The notes beneath the pieces were generated by a model, which was not told the origin of the DNA, did not search any database, and saw only the letters and a program-made list of their open reading frames with translations. Positions 1-12,033 of a stretch of DNA of 64,000 nt are shown here, piece by piece; position 1 is the stretch's first letter; each line of letters opens with the position of its first letter. The DNA lies in assembly GCF_033153115.1 (NCBI RefSeq), contig NW_026889771.1, positions 7,502,001 through 7,566,000 of the forward strand, given 5' to 3'. The position numbers and the translations under genes are program-made. This DNA is from Saccostrea echinata (Eukaryota).

Positions 1-446
1 ACCAACTGACAAGATTTGATGATCCTAGTCCTTATAGTAAGCAAAATATCAACATTTTAATAAAATGTAATTTTTGGTCAACTTTGAAGTGACCTTGAGA
101 CCACGCCCTTTGCCCCAGGGTAAATCCCCGTGCAAATTTTAATCTACAACATATCCTCATCCTTTTGTGTAAGTTTAGTGATAATCTGCCCAGTGGTTCT
201 TGAGAAGAAGATTTTTTAGCAACCAGTACTTTTTTTTCTATTTTCCTAATTATCTCCCCTTGTTAAAGGGTCACAACCCCAGTTTTAGTATAAAAGGGAG
301 CCCTTGGGCCAAGGATACCCTGTGACAAATTTGACAATAATTGGCCAAGGGGTTCTTGAGTTATGGCCCATATTCTAAAAAGTTTACGCACACCGCACAA
401 ATGGCCATAGCATTAGCTCTTTGAGCCTTTGGCTCAGAAGAGCTAA
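1..446 (+). mobile_element. 3' part of a non-autonomous Helentron/pearl-like element, truncated by the window edge
   Basis: Satellite-like core (tgagaagaagatttttt, aatctaca, aattatctcccctt, aaaagtttac), then a terminal hairpin tagctctttgagcc-ttt-ggctcagaagagcta at ~414-445. Same architecture as the elements at 24.1, 29.6 and 44.8 kb but a diverged subfamily. Confidence 0.75.
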
Positions 447-884
447 CAAGACAATAACAAATTACAACACAGGCAAAACATATTTAAATACAAAATTTAA
501 CAGTTATAATATGTTCCGTGATGCAAAAAAAGGTTAAAAAAATATCCTTTCATTTTGCATTTTGAAAAACAAAAGTATGGTATAATTATAAATTTTACTA
601 TTGATTTGATTTGAAATTAACTTTAGTAGTGTCTATATTATAAACTCGGGAGGAAACCAGTTTGACTAACTTTTCAATGAAATTCAGAAAGTGATTTAAT
701 AGAAATGATTATATAATTATCTATTCAACAATCACCAAGGAGTAAATTGTATCAGCAGGTAATCGATATAATACACATCTACAAATGTATCTACATAAAA
801 GGAATGCATTTATACAAATGTTTCAATATTGAAACAAATATTTCAATAAGAATCACATTACATGTATTTACAGATTATAATACT

Positions 885-3800
885 TTAACTGTCAACTTTG
901 ACAAACACTTTGGGACGGTTGAATATTTTCTTAGCCTCGTCAATCTCAGCTATTTTACCCTCTAATTCTTGTTTTTGTGACCTGATTCTAAAAGTGTCCA
1001 TACGTAGAGGTAGAGCACTCAGTTCATTCACTAATTCCTTTTCCTCTGCAAGTAAAATTAAAAATTTCAGTAAGGACAGATGCATATACAAGTACCCCTC
1101 TTTATTAAATTTATTTAACATCAATAAATTGTCTTCATTGTTTTTCAGTTTCCCAAGACCATGGCCCCGTTTTACTACAGAACCTACATCAAAGTCCAAA
1201 GTCCAAATAATTCACATTTTTTTTTTTACATTAATTTTAAAAATATTTTTTACCTTTCTAAAAAGAATTTAGAAAAATATTTTTATGCAAGCAATTTTTT
1301 AACAGAATCATTAATTTTTGCAAGACAAACATAAAATGTTTGTTTGAGAAAACTCAAATTTCGGTTTGGTTTAATCAGTCTTGCATCTCCACCATAACAA
1401 AGATCATATGGAGAGACTATAGTCCAGTGAGTAGGGAGTATCTTGTAATCTTGGGGGAAGGATAACATTATTGCAGGTAATAGCAACTTAACACACTTAC
1501 TTATCAGTAGAAGTTTGAGAGTTTCTTGACGTTCTTTCTCTGGGAGTAGTCGATGACCAGGAGGCATTTCTGGGTCTGGTGTGTTAGCTATCCTATCCCT
1601 TTCTTCTTTCTTCCACTGGTCTTTGCGTACTTGAAGGCTGAGTGAAAATATCACAACGAATATTAAACTGTAAGTTCTGTGTTTCTGCTTCATCAATTTT
1701 CAAAATGAAATTACTGGCCATCTGCCATTGACTAAAGTAAACATGCATTAAGTGTATAATTTCTGAGCTGAGTATCTTCAGCTCTGTGTTGATCTTAACA
1801 TTGTACATACTATTTAGGAACCTCTCCTCTCTGATGCTTGCTGTATTCTTCCTCCTCTTTCTTTTTTAACTCATCCAAAGCATTCACACTGGGACTTCTC
1901 TTCATCATCTGATGTTTTGCTGATATTCCATTGATTTTGATAAAGTCTAAGTTATTTCTATGAAATTTAATCTGTCAATATAAAGAAAGCATGTGAAACA
2001 TCTTACATAAATCTTGGTGTAAAAGTAAAGGCAAATAAAACATGTTTGTACCACATAAATAATCCCTATAGTATATGTAGACTTTATTCCCAGGAATAAA
2101 CAACATAATAAACATGCTAAATTGTCCTATGTGCAGTTAATTTAATATGTACAGATACATGTATATGACTGTTAACATTACTTAGCCCACATTACTTTAA
2201 CAGTTCTGCATTACCCATAGTCCCATACTTTGGTAAAATTTTTAAAAATGTAATTATAGGCTGACAAGTCCACAATACATGCAAACATAAGTGATATGTG
2301 ATCAAGTTACTTAGTATACAACATAAGACCATAATAATTCCTACATGTATTTTTTCATCCCAACTTGCCCAAATTTTTACCACTGACTCATTTTTTTTAA
2401 TTCGGATTTTGCAAACATCTTGATTCTGATTGCCAGGGATCATTATTCTACTTTCCATTCAACTTTCACTTTAAAATCCCATGACTGTGTACATGATTTT
2501 GACATCTGACAAGATGGTGTTTGCTGTAATATTTAACAAGGACAACTGGTTGTGAAAAATTGGTGAGGGTTTATTGTAAGAGATGTTTACATTGAAATGG
2601 AACTCTAAAAGGACTTTTATTTGGGCATGATAAGTAAATTTCCTTAGACTGATTAGATCAACAAAAATATATGTACAATGAAACAAATACAAAATCAAAT
2701 TTAAAATCTGCCTGCCATAATTTTCAAAAAATATGGACAATAATCTACGATTTTTTTTTAATTATGGTCTTATGGACTAAGCTAAAATAATCAGTCTTAA
2801 TAAAAAGACATAAACCTACCTCACTAGAACACCTGGCTGGGGGGACAGTTAGCTTCTCTGCTGGAGGGTCAGGGGTACAGGGACGAGAAATATTTTTAAC
2901 AGAGGGACCGTTTCTTGAGTGTGCACGAAGGAAATTAGCTGACTTTGGCCTTGGAGCAGATGGAGGCCTCTGAATAAATTAACAAAATTAAATGTTCAAT
3001 ACATGTGTTACATCAGACTTTATCACATACTTAGTAATAAATACAGGTTTTTTGCATATGCAACATGCTTGACGTCACAATAGCCATATCAGCTTCTAGG
3101 GCTGATACGGATCCTGCAGGGCTGATACAGATTCATATCACACCCCTAGTAGATTAAACCTTAATAAACAAAACTTGTGATGATACAATGTACACCTTTT
3201 TTTGTTAACATTCACTTAATTTTAAATATAATAAGCTATATGTCAGTAGTCAGTGCATGATTAATTATTTGTATTTTTCTCAAGTTGATGTGTGCTGTAT
3301 TTTATTACTAAGTATAAACATAATAAAACATACCCTTTTCCACATCACATCCTGTATCAGCCCTCGACCAATATCAGCCCCCAGGTCTTCAGCCTTTTGG
3401 CTGATATAGGATGTGATATGGAAAAGGGTATTTATTATTCTCTATATATCTGTCAACATTTACAATAAGGTGAAATCATTTAAGCACATCTAGCTATGCA
3501 TAATTTGTTGATGAGTATCTACAAAGTATTGTTAATGTGTAACATATAAATTCAAACCTGTATGTCATCTCTGATTTTGGATGTTATTCCACTATATTTT
3601 TCTGATTTCCATAGTGCTTTGACTGGTTGGTGAGCATTGGCTTCTCTTTCCTTAGACTGTCTCTGAATTTGCCTCATTCTCTTCACATTTTCACTCAAAT
3701 GGTCTCGCATTCTGCTCTCTGAATAGAAATGTGGCTAGTTGAATGTTTTTCTCTTAGCAAACAGAAAAAAATGGTACTGTGCTTTTCTTAATTGAAACAC

Positions 3801-4460
3801 TAATATGGTGGCAATCAAACTGTTTCACAAATAAAATAGAATAATTAAAGTTATGCATCTTTTCACTAATTATAAGCTTAGATTGTTTGTTATTAATTAA
3901 AATGTAATATTAATTATGATTGCATGTCCAGTCATCCCTGTGACCCCAAGGGGTCCTTTATTAATCTGTACAGGTGAATGTATAATCATAAAGCATTTCT
4001 CAAACATGTGTATAGGCCTACATGTATTTTCTACTTTGTTTAATACCTGGGCGCCCTCCTCCAAAATGTGTTTGGCCATAGCCGCTACCACTAACCATCA
4101 TCGTTCCTCCTCCGTGCATGCTTTTGTGAGTTCAATTACTGATCAGGGGTATATTTTTGTCATTCAATCTTAAAAATTATTACAAATATTTGCAATCAGC
4201 ATGGAACTTACAACATTACTTGGTACCTTTTCATCACTAACTCTCAATCTTAAAAATTATTACAAATATTTGCAATCAGCATGGAACTTACAACATTACT
4301 TGGTACCTTTTCATCACTAACTCTCAATACTTTAATTTCTTAAATATAGAGTGTTTAACCATTTATCTTACGTCTATCATAAACATCTTATTTGAAGACA
4401 AAGCAAAGCAAATACATTGATCAAGTGGTTTCTATACACGCTAAAACACATACCTTCCAT
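885..4460 (-). CDS. ENKD1: Enkurin domain-containing protein 1 (spliced, ~258-280 aa; first exon uncertain)
   Basis: Phase-consistent GT-AG exons 3718-3558, 2969-2820, 1971-1811, 1637-1501 and 1045-885 (TAA). Translation includes RDHLSENVKRMRQIQR...PVKALWKSEKY, NFLRAHS, GEVPKYL..RK..W, PDPEMPPGHRLLPEKERQETL and IDEAKKIFNRPKVFVKVDS*, matching the ENKD1/enkurin domain. The first coding exon is either 4460-4454 (ATGGAAG|gtatgt) or 4119-4047; both are phase 1. Confidence 0.9.
3030..3440. mobile_element. Foldback-ended non-autonomous DNA element in an ENKD1 intron
   Basis: Long imperfect inverted repeat ataccctttTCCACATCACATCCTGTATCAGCC (3330-3362) / GGCTGATATAGGATGTGATATGGAaaagggtat (3399-3431), with further atatcagc/gctgata motifs at 3085-3130. 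Confidence 0.55.
4164..4328. repeat. Exact tandem duplication of an 80-bp unit (~2.06 copies)
   Basis: 4164-4243 is identical to 4244-4323. Confidence 0.95.
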
Positions 4461-4764
4461 ATTGAAAGTCACGTGACCAATCTTTAAAAAAAAAAATAAG
4501 CAAAGAATTTATCGGAAAAGACAAAAAGAAAACAAAATTAATATAACAGTACCAACTTGTAAATAAACTGAATTAAAAATTCATCTGATATATTTTTAGG
4601 AGAAAAATAAATGTCTCGTATTAACGAGAGCTTGTATTGTCTAGGTAACATCAACATCCGGTTTAAGCAAAACCGAGCGAAAACATGACAGATACGGGAT
4701 AGTTCGGGATTTTATTTCAGGGTGTATTTTGTCAAAATATCGACTGAACAAAAAATAAGTAATC
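4461..4764. promoter_or_regulatory. Putative bidirectional promoter ENKD1/C2orf81-like
   Basis: Short CpG-enriched interval between divergent starts. Perfect palindromic E-box GTCACGTGAC at 4468-4477 and an RFX X-box-like ATTGTCTAGGTAAC at 4636-4649. Confidence 0.6.
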
Positions 4765-7700
4765 ATGTCGCGAGCTGCCGTGTCCAAATCACGGGCAGAC
4801 AAAGGCTCTAAGCCACCACCTGCACATACACCCGTGGTTGCACATGAAATCGTTCCTGGAAAATTCACAGATCAGGACTGGTATGCAGACGAGTTTCGTT
4901 ACATTTATCTTCTTTTTGCTGTAATAAGACCACAGTCACTCGTTATAATAAAATGCTACAGAATATTACGTTAAATATAAGACTATATTGAATGTATGTA
5001 GATGCCATTTAGTTATAGCGCTTAGATGCACATTTTTTTCAAGCAGCTAATAAAATTTAATATTATCGCAGGAATATCATGTGGGTTTTTCTTAGCTTGA
5101 TAAGAGACTGGGACTAGAACAATCATATTTCATATTTTTAATTGGATTTTTGGGTAAATTGTTGACCATGCACCCAGCAACCTGAAGCTTAATTGTAAAT
5201 GAGCTGAAATATATTATGATTATTAAATATTACCATTTATACTCTGCAGGAATTTCATGCTTGACAAAGATGGAGCAGAGGATTTCATTGAAGACATTAT
5301 GGAAGAGGTGGTGGATACCACAATGGAAAAAATATACGATATTTACATAGATAAACAACTCCTTCCATTCACAGTTACAATGGCAAAAGATGCGATTCTT
5401 CAAATAATTGATGTAAGATTAAAACAGAGCAGACAAAAATTATAAAATTTACAACACAGATATCATTTAATATTCTTTATTGCTTGTTTGTTTGTTGTGT
5501 CTGAGTTTTTTAAAGTTATTTGTATAATTAAAGTTAATTCTCAAGTTCTTTTATGTTTCAGTGGCAGTTTTTAGCGCGAGATGAAGGAGAAGTTAAAATT
5601 GAAACTGATCCTGGATGGATGGAAGATGAGGGTATGTGAAGTGCTGTTTACATTTTAAAATATTTTTAAAAAATAAACAATATTTGTATTTATTATTATT
5701 GGCACAAAAATTAGAAATATGCCATTTGATTTTCACTTTAAGAGCCAGATCCTGCCTCAACTGACTGCTGGGCCCAGGGATCTGTCCCAAAACAAATCAT
5801 TCCTCCCAGACCTATTTCCCCTGTGGCAGAAGTCTTTGATGAAAATCCTGATGTTGAAGATGAAGATGTTTCTCCACTGTAAGTACAGTTAAATTTTGGT
5901 TTCTCGAATACCATGGATATGTCAAATTTTGTTGTAAGTCCCAACCACCTTTTCTATATGTATTTAAACCTCAATATCTCTAATACCTGGATATCACAAA
6001 GTTTGTTCTTGGGTGCCATCCAGTTTTAGATAATAAGGATTGACTATATCAATATTGTCCATGATATAATTTATTAAAAGAAAATAATCTAAGACGTGAA
6101 ATTCTTGAGCTTTCAAATTAAGGTGCATTATTATTGCATTTTAATGATAACTCAATTGTTTGATGACAACTTTTTTTTAAACATTTACTATACAAATACA
6201 ATATAAATACGTAATTATTCTGTAATTTGTTGAGACTTGTTGTAGAGGGTTAATGCACACATACATGCATGTATTAGGTACAAATTCATGAATTGAAATC
6301 TTTTTATTTTTTAGACCAGGGAAGGAAGGTACAAAAGTTGAGGAGGAGGTTCCAGAGATGGAAGACAAAGTCTCAGAAGCAGAAGAAGAAAGTCCACAAA
6401 AAACCAAAACCCAATTTAATAGGGTACCGATAGGATATTTGTGTTTTATTTTATCCAGGAAGTATAATGATAATAATAAATAAAATGGGTATGATAAAAA
6501 GTCCTCACTTATATGTGTATCTTAAACTATGCTTCAATTAAAATTACCGGGGTACTAGAATATTGTGAATAAAATTTAATTCATTTTAACATTTATGATT
6601 GTAATAATTTATATTTGTTGTAAAATGCAGTAATTTGCACTTAAATTGCACTCACTCTTTCAATATCACAGGGTAAGAAACCGGAGAGGAAGTTTAAGTT
6701 CAAGCCATACAAGGGTAGACTTGGCTCCAGTCATGTCAGCAGAATGTCTGAATCATTGGAAGAAACAGAGATGAAGATGGTAGCAGCTGAAATTGAGGCC
6801 AGTCTAGAATTCAAGCAAATGGACAAAGCCAGTGGTCTGTTGAATATGCCAGCATCATGTCATTCAATTCTCAAAGTAAGTTTTAAGCACATATATAATC
6901 TTTTTCTCTCTCTCATACTCTCATGTGTGTGTAAGAGAGTTATAGAGAAAGAGAATTACTTTACTACCAAAGTTCTTTTGAAATAGACAATTCTAAAAAT
7001 GATATATATATATATAAATATTTATTAAACACATGCAAAAATTATGAACAATGTCTTCCTTTGATATGCCAGATTGTACTACATGTATAATTATTTTAGT
7101 GACATATCAGAAAGTCCCTGATATGCATTGTAGTGAGAATGCTCTTTAAAGGGGATTAACTCTTTCAGGTTCAGTCTGGAAGGCCACCAGGGAACAAAGA
7201 TGTTGTTTATGATGAGATGGGCAATGTTCTGGCTGTTGTCAAATTAAACCCAGAAAAACTACCATCACATAAGTATGTATAAATATATTTTGAGCAATGC
7301 TTATAGATTTCATCTTTAACAATTTAAAGAAGAGAAGTTCTACAAAAAAATTAAAGATGTAGTTTTGATAAAATGAGAGTGAAAGTTGATGTTTTTCAGT
7401 ATTTGCGGGTTGCAGAAGAGAGTTATTATTTCTTATTTCAGAGTTAAAGTTAATTATCAGGTAGTAGATCCATCAGTTGAAGCAGCTCAAGCCAGACTAG
7501 AGGCCATGCGACACGGAAAATTCATGAGAATAAAATTAAAGAAAAAGAAGACATCCCCAGAAGAATCGCTAGATAAATCTTTTGGTGAGCTACATTTGTA
7601 TTGTATACATACATATAATGGAAAACATGTGATATCATTTTTCCCTAAATAATTTAAGGATATATATGCATTCATCTTAATATCTGTAAACTGTTGCAAA

Positions 7701-8705
7701 TCAGAGTTCATCTGTTTGAATTTTCACTGAATAGTGCTGTGTGGTTGCTTGTAGCACTGGTTCCATAGTATTTGAATTTCTGCAAATTTCATCATGCTTT
7801 TACATGATACTATTTGATTAATATTAATGAATGATATTCATGTCTTATGATTTTCTCATATCCACTGTTGTAGATGATTCCTCATCTAGGCAAACAGATG
7901 CAAAGACCGAGTTACCTCCACCTATGGTGAGTAAAATACAGAAATCTTTGATGAATTATTTCAAATAGCTAATTAAAGTAATAATTGGGCACGTCTTACT
8001 TATAAAGATAATTTTTAACTTTGGTGTAAGCAAATTGAATGCAAATTCATAGTCTTTCAGATTATAACTTAATTATTTTCTTTTACTGGGGAACTGTTTA
8101 CACATTCTACATGTGTATGTATCCATAATTTTTGAATTGTTTTTTTATTCTCCAAATATTTTTTTCTGCAGATAGAGACAATGGAACTAGCTCCTGGGGT
8201 GACAGTAAAGGAGGGCGGAAGAATTAGGAGAGGACCAAAGAGGGTAAGTCATCTAAATGTTACACTAGGAGGTACAAAAAACTTAATGTCTGGCAGTTGG
8301 TTCCAAAGAATTTTTGAAGGGTTATTTTCATTTGACTTTTTTTTTTCAAAGACTAGCTATCAATATGCAATAGAACTCATTTTGCCTATACATGTGTGTA
8401 TCCATTTTTTCTTTCAAGAAGTAAATTTGGACTCTTTTGCAGTTTGTACTTAATGTAATTTACAAGGAAATCATCTTTATCTGAAAGAGTACTCATGTTT
8501 GGTATTACAGTATGTACGTAAATCTGATGTGTTAACAACAAATCTACAAGGACTACATCCAGTGGCCAATAAAACAACAAATCCAGCCCTAGAAGTTACT
8601 GATCTGCTTGACAGAACCACCCCAATACTTAGACCAATCAGAGACTCTCCCCCATTACCCCCCATTGTACCCCACCCTCCTAGTCAGCCCCGAATATCAA
8701 CATGA
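4765..8705 (+). CDS. C2orf81: C2orf81 homolog (DUF4639 family), 11 exons, ~454 aa
   Basis: Exons 4765-4880, 5250-5412, 5562-5631, 5743-5878, 6315-6423, 6672-6875, 7169-7272, 7442-7584, 7874-7926, 8172-8243, 8511-8705. All are GT-AG and in frame (1365 nt). Motifs [67 protein letters not shown] and MELAPGVTV match C2orf81. AATAAA at ~8921 and ~8976. Confidence 0.88.
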
Positions 8706-9144
8706 GAGGGATGAGTGAGGGATTCCTAATGATTGGATTTAAATTCAAATTTGTTGTTGTCAGAATATTTCTGAAAAACAAGTGATTATATACTGTTGTT
8801 TTATATACAGTTACTCTACTTAATAGTACTATATACATACATGTAATGTGCACATGTTAAATTCTGCTTGACACAAATATCATTTTTTAAATGATGAAAG
8901 TGTCACTTGTGATATTCATGAATAAATCTAACAGTGAAAATTGATGTGAGAAATTGAATATGTGATTGTTATCAAATAAATTTTTATTATTTTTTTTAAC
9001 TGATTCAAGCTTATATGTAATGTTGTTTTAGTGCACTAAAACCTATGTTCAGAGGTCAAAGTCTAATTTAGGTCATGATGTTGTAAAACACATCCTTTTA
9101 AAAGGTACAAATCTGCTAATTATTGCAAGCATAGGTTAAAGAAA

Positions 9145-9752
9145 AACTAGAGGTACTGTGAGCACTGAGCTCACAAAATGATACCCCACCTCCCATATGT
9201 TTATAATGGCAAAGTCCAAGTTTTGCTATGGGAGACCTGAGGCCTGTTCAACAGAGCGAACGTTCGCGAGCGCTCGCGAACATTTCTGTTGGAAAGATAA
9301 GGAATTTTGGCGAGCGCTCGCGAACGTTCGCTCTGTTGAACAGGCCTCTGAAATATGTGTCCGATAAAAAAGCGAAATAGGAGGTGCAAAATGGCACTAT
9401 GTAACAAAGATTCTGTGGAAGTATCATTAAATTTTATTCAGTAGTATAAGAGGAGTTGTGGATAAGAGATGCATGGCTATCCCTCAATATTAGAGAAAGA
9501 ATGGCAGTTGTCTATGTTTTGCTATTGGAAACCCAAACCATGCATCTGATCAAAAAAAGTAAAATAGGAGGTGCACAATGGCACTCATGTAACAAAGATT
9601 CTGTGAAAGTATTAAATTTTATTGAGTGGTATAGGAGGAGATGTGGATAAGAGATGTGTACCCCAAAGCGTAATGGATGGAAGGACTTACAAACAAACGG
9701 ACGGACACCCCTATCACTATATACCCTCCACTTTTCAAGCAGGGGGTATAAA
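9145..9752 (+). mobile_element. Non-autonomous Helentron/pearl-like element with two ~185-bp core repeats
   Basis: Starts AACTAGAG, subterminal ATACCCC (9181), core repeats at ~9376 and ~9561, acaaacaaacggacggac microsatellite, and a 3' hairpin ataccc...gggggtat followed by an A-run. Confidence 0.7.
9240..9347. mobile_element. 108-bp MITE with 38-bp perfect terminal inverted repeats (TIRs) and CTG TSD (PIF/Harbinger-like)
   Basis: AGGCCTGTTCAACAGAGCGAACGTTCGCGAGCGCTCGC and its exact reverse complement. CTG flanks both sides (9237-9239, 9348-9350). Confidence 0.85.
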
Positions 9753-10718
9753 AATGACTTGACAAATAATTTGAATTTATAAGGTCAAAGGTTGGGTCAT
9801 TTATTAGTCATGATTGTAACTGTTTTATGTTGATATACTTATTTAAGCTATATATGGTTAAACATAAAGTTTTGGCTGGTATGTTTCAAAATTCCCAGCC
9901 AAAAGCTAAGATTTGGTGCCGAGTGCACAGGTAAAGGTCAACTGCAGCACCTGAAAATCATCTTGCCATAATTACAGCGTAATATCATAATCCTGGGTAG
10001 ATTAATAAAAATACTGGTACACGTAGTTCTAGCTGGTGGTAGCAGATTTTCTTTTCTCAAAAAATCACTATGAAGATAGTAAGACTGGATTTCAAGGTAT
10101 TCAAAATTTGATATGAAATATGTATAAATATATATAGCCTAGACAGTATACTTAGCTAGATAGAAGCATATATCCAAATCATTTTCCAATTGTAAGGTAG
10201 GGATTGGAGTTGGCATACACATCTATATTCAAAATATTGCAACCAGGTAATCCACAAATAAAACTGCAGATAGTAAGTTTGGCAAAACCCAGGTTGACAC
10301 ACCTGGTACATTGCATAAACAAAGTTTTAAAAAGTTTTTAAAAAAATTGTCTCGCCTGAGCACTTCCACCTAATTTTTGACAATAGGAAATAAAATTTGA
10401 CTCATCTTGAAAACAATATTATAAAACACTAATTTTTTTATCATTTCCACACCATTTTTACTCGATTGATACAATTTGAAACAAACCAATATGTCATGAT
10501 TTTTCAAAAGTCTACAGAAATTTACAGTGTTATGAGGGAGTAGTAATTATTTCCGGAGATCAACCAAGTGTGACCAAATGGATTCTAAATGTGTGCCATG
10601 TCATTACTGAAAAGGCAAGTGATGAGAAATCTTGAGTATTTATGAATCCCTTTCTGAAATGGCTGGCATTATCATAGTGTCAGATCACCAAAGACTGCAT
10701 TTGCTAATATTATACATG

Positions 10719-10848
10719 TGTAACAGGAAAGGAGAGAAATGAGACACACCAGTCCGGGATTTGAACCTGGGCCCTCTGAATCTCCAGTCAAATGCTCTAA
10801 CAACTGAGCTATCTGGTCACTGGCGATTGAACCCATTTGACCACCACA
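10719..10848 (-). mobile_element. tRNA-like-core TG...CA element, copy 1 (putative solo LTR; diverged)
   Basis: Minus strand reads TGTGGTGG...TAGCTCAGTTGTTAGAGCA (A box)...GGTTCAAATCC (B box)...TTTCTCTCCTTTCCTGTTACA. The 3' end is shared with the copies at 59.0 and 60.7 kb. Confidence 0.7.
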
Positions 10849-11560
10849 ATGGTAATCCTTCACAGAGATAAATGTGCTACGTACAGTTACAGATTTAAAG
10901 GTCAAAAGTCATGGTCACCATTTCCACTTTCAAGGTCAAAGTAATCTCTCTGATAAAGCCATTGAAATATCTTATCCTCTTTTATTTATGTGTATTTATG
11001 TGTGGTCTTTCACTACATAGTCATAGAAGACCTGCAAATATGTACATTATACATGGAACAGACTATACTTCCTGTCAGTGAAATGATTTTGGGGCACTGA
11101 GGAATTAAGAGCCATTCTGTGTAATGACTTGAACTTTTATATAGGAGCTGTGGCATGCATAGTCTCAGAATTTCTCCACACTCTCTAAGATAAAAGTCTT
11201 TGATGCAGTAAACTCAAATCAGGCAAAAACTGGTTGCTATGTGTCATGGTTACCATAGCAAGATGTCCTAAAGTTTGAAAAATGGCATTTTTCAACATGC
11301 TCAGAGTCCCCCAGTTAACATTTGCAGCAAAGCAAACAAGTGGCAATGGCTGTTTCTGAAAGTTGAAGGCCTGGTGTCTTATATGCATGATAAACATGTT
11401 TGGTAAATCAACTACTAAATACATAACTATGGAAACAAAGTATAATTCATCAAAAGTAATAATTTTGTTCATTTAATTCTATAAAGTCATAAACTTAAGA
11501 ATAAAAACAATTAAAGGTTGAAATGCAAGCAAATAATAGACAACAGATCTTTGTAACATA

Positions 11561-12033
11561 CCGTATATCCTCACCTATAAGTCGATCCGCCTATAAGTCG
11601 GTTGTATTTTTTGAGGTTATTTTGGAGGGATTTGCTATTGACCCGCTTATAAGTCGGTACAACTTTTTGTAAGAATCAGTTGACAATTTCAAATCAATGC
11701 TCTGATGTTTTAACCTGGTTTCGATTAATATTTTTAGAAACGACGCCGATATTTAATTTTAAATCATAAGAAAAAAACATAATGCACACTTAAGATAAAA
11801 AAAAGTTATCAAAATATGTAAATACTTGTACTTTATGTATAATTTTAGAATACATAAATGATATAATATATCCAGACCTTGTTCAACGATAATCGTGGGA
11901 AATGTTTAAAAAATCTTACACTTCCCCATCCAGAAAAATACTAATCTTTTTATGACTCGCCTATAAGTCGGTCATAGAGTTTTAGACCGAAATTCAACTC
12001 CCAAAAAACCGACTTATAGGCGAGTATATACGG
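11561..12033. mobile_element. Tc1/mariner (pogo-like) MITE
   Basis: TA|CCGTATATCCTCACCTATAAGTCG ... CGACTTATAGGCGAGTATATACGG|TA, with internal repeats of CTATAAGTCG/TTATAAGTCG. Confidence 0.85.

Noticed and set aside
898-1272. 124-aa plus-strand ORF
   Set aside because: Antisense shadow of the last ENKD1 exon plus intron, with no recognisable motif.
1100-2650. Possible nested gene exons inside ENKD1 introns (1150-1200, 1378-1477, 2420-2645)
   Set aside because: The composition looks slightly exon-like, but I could not build a consistent spliced open frame.
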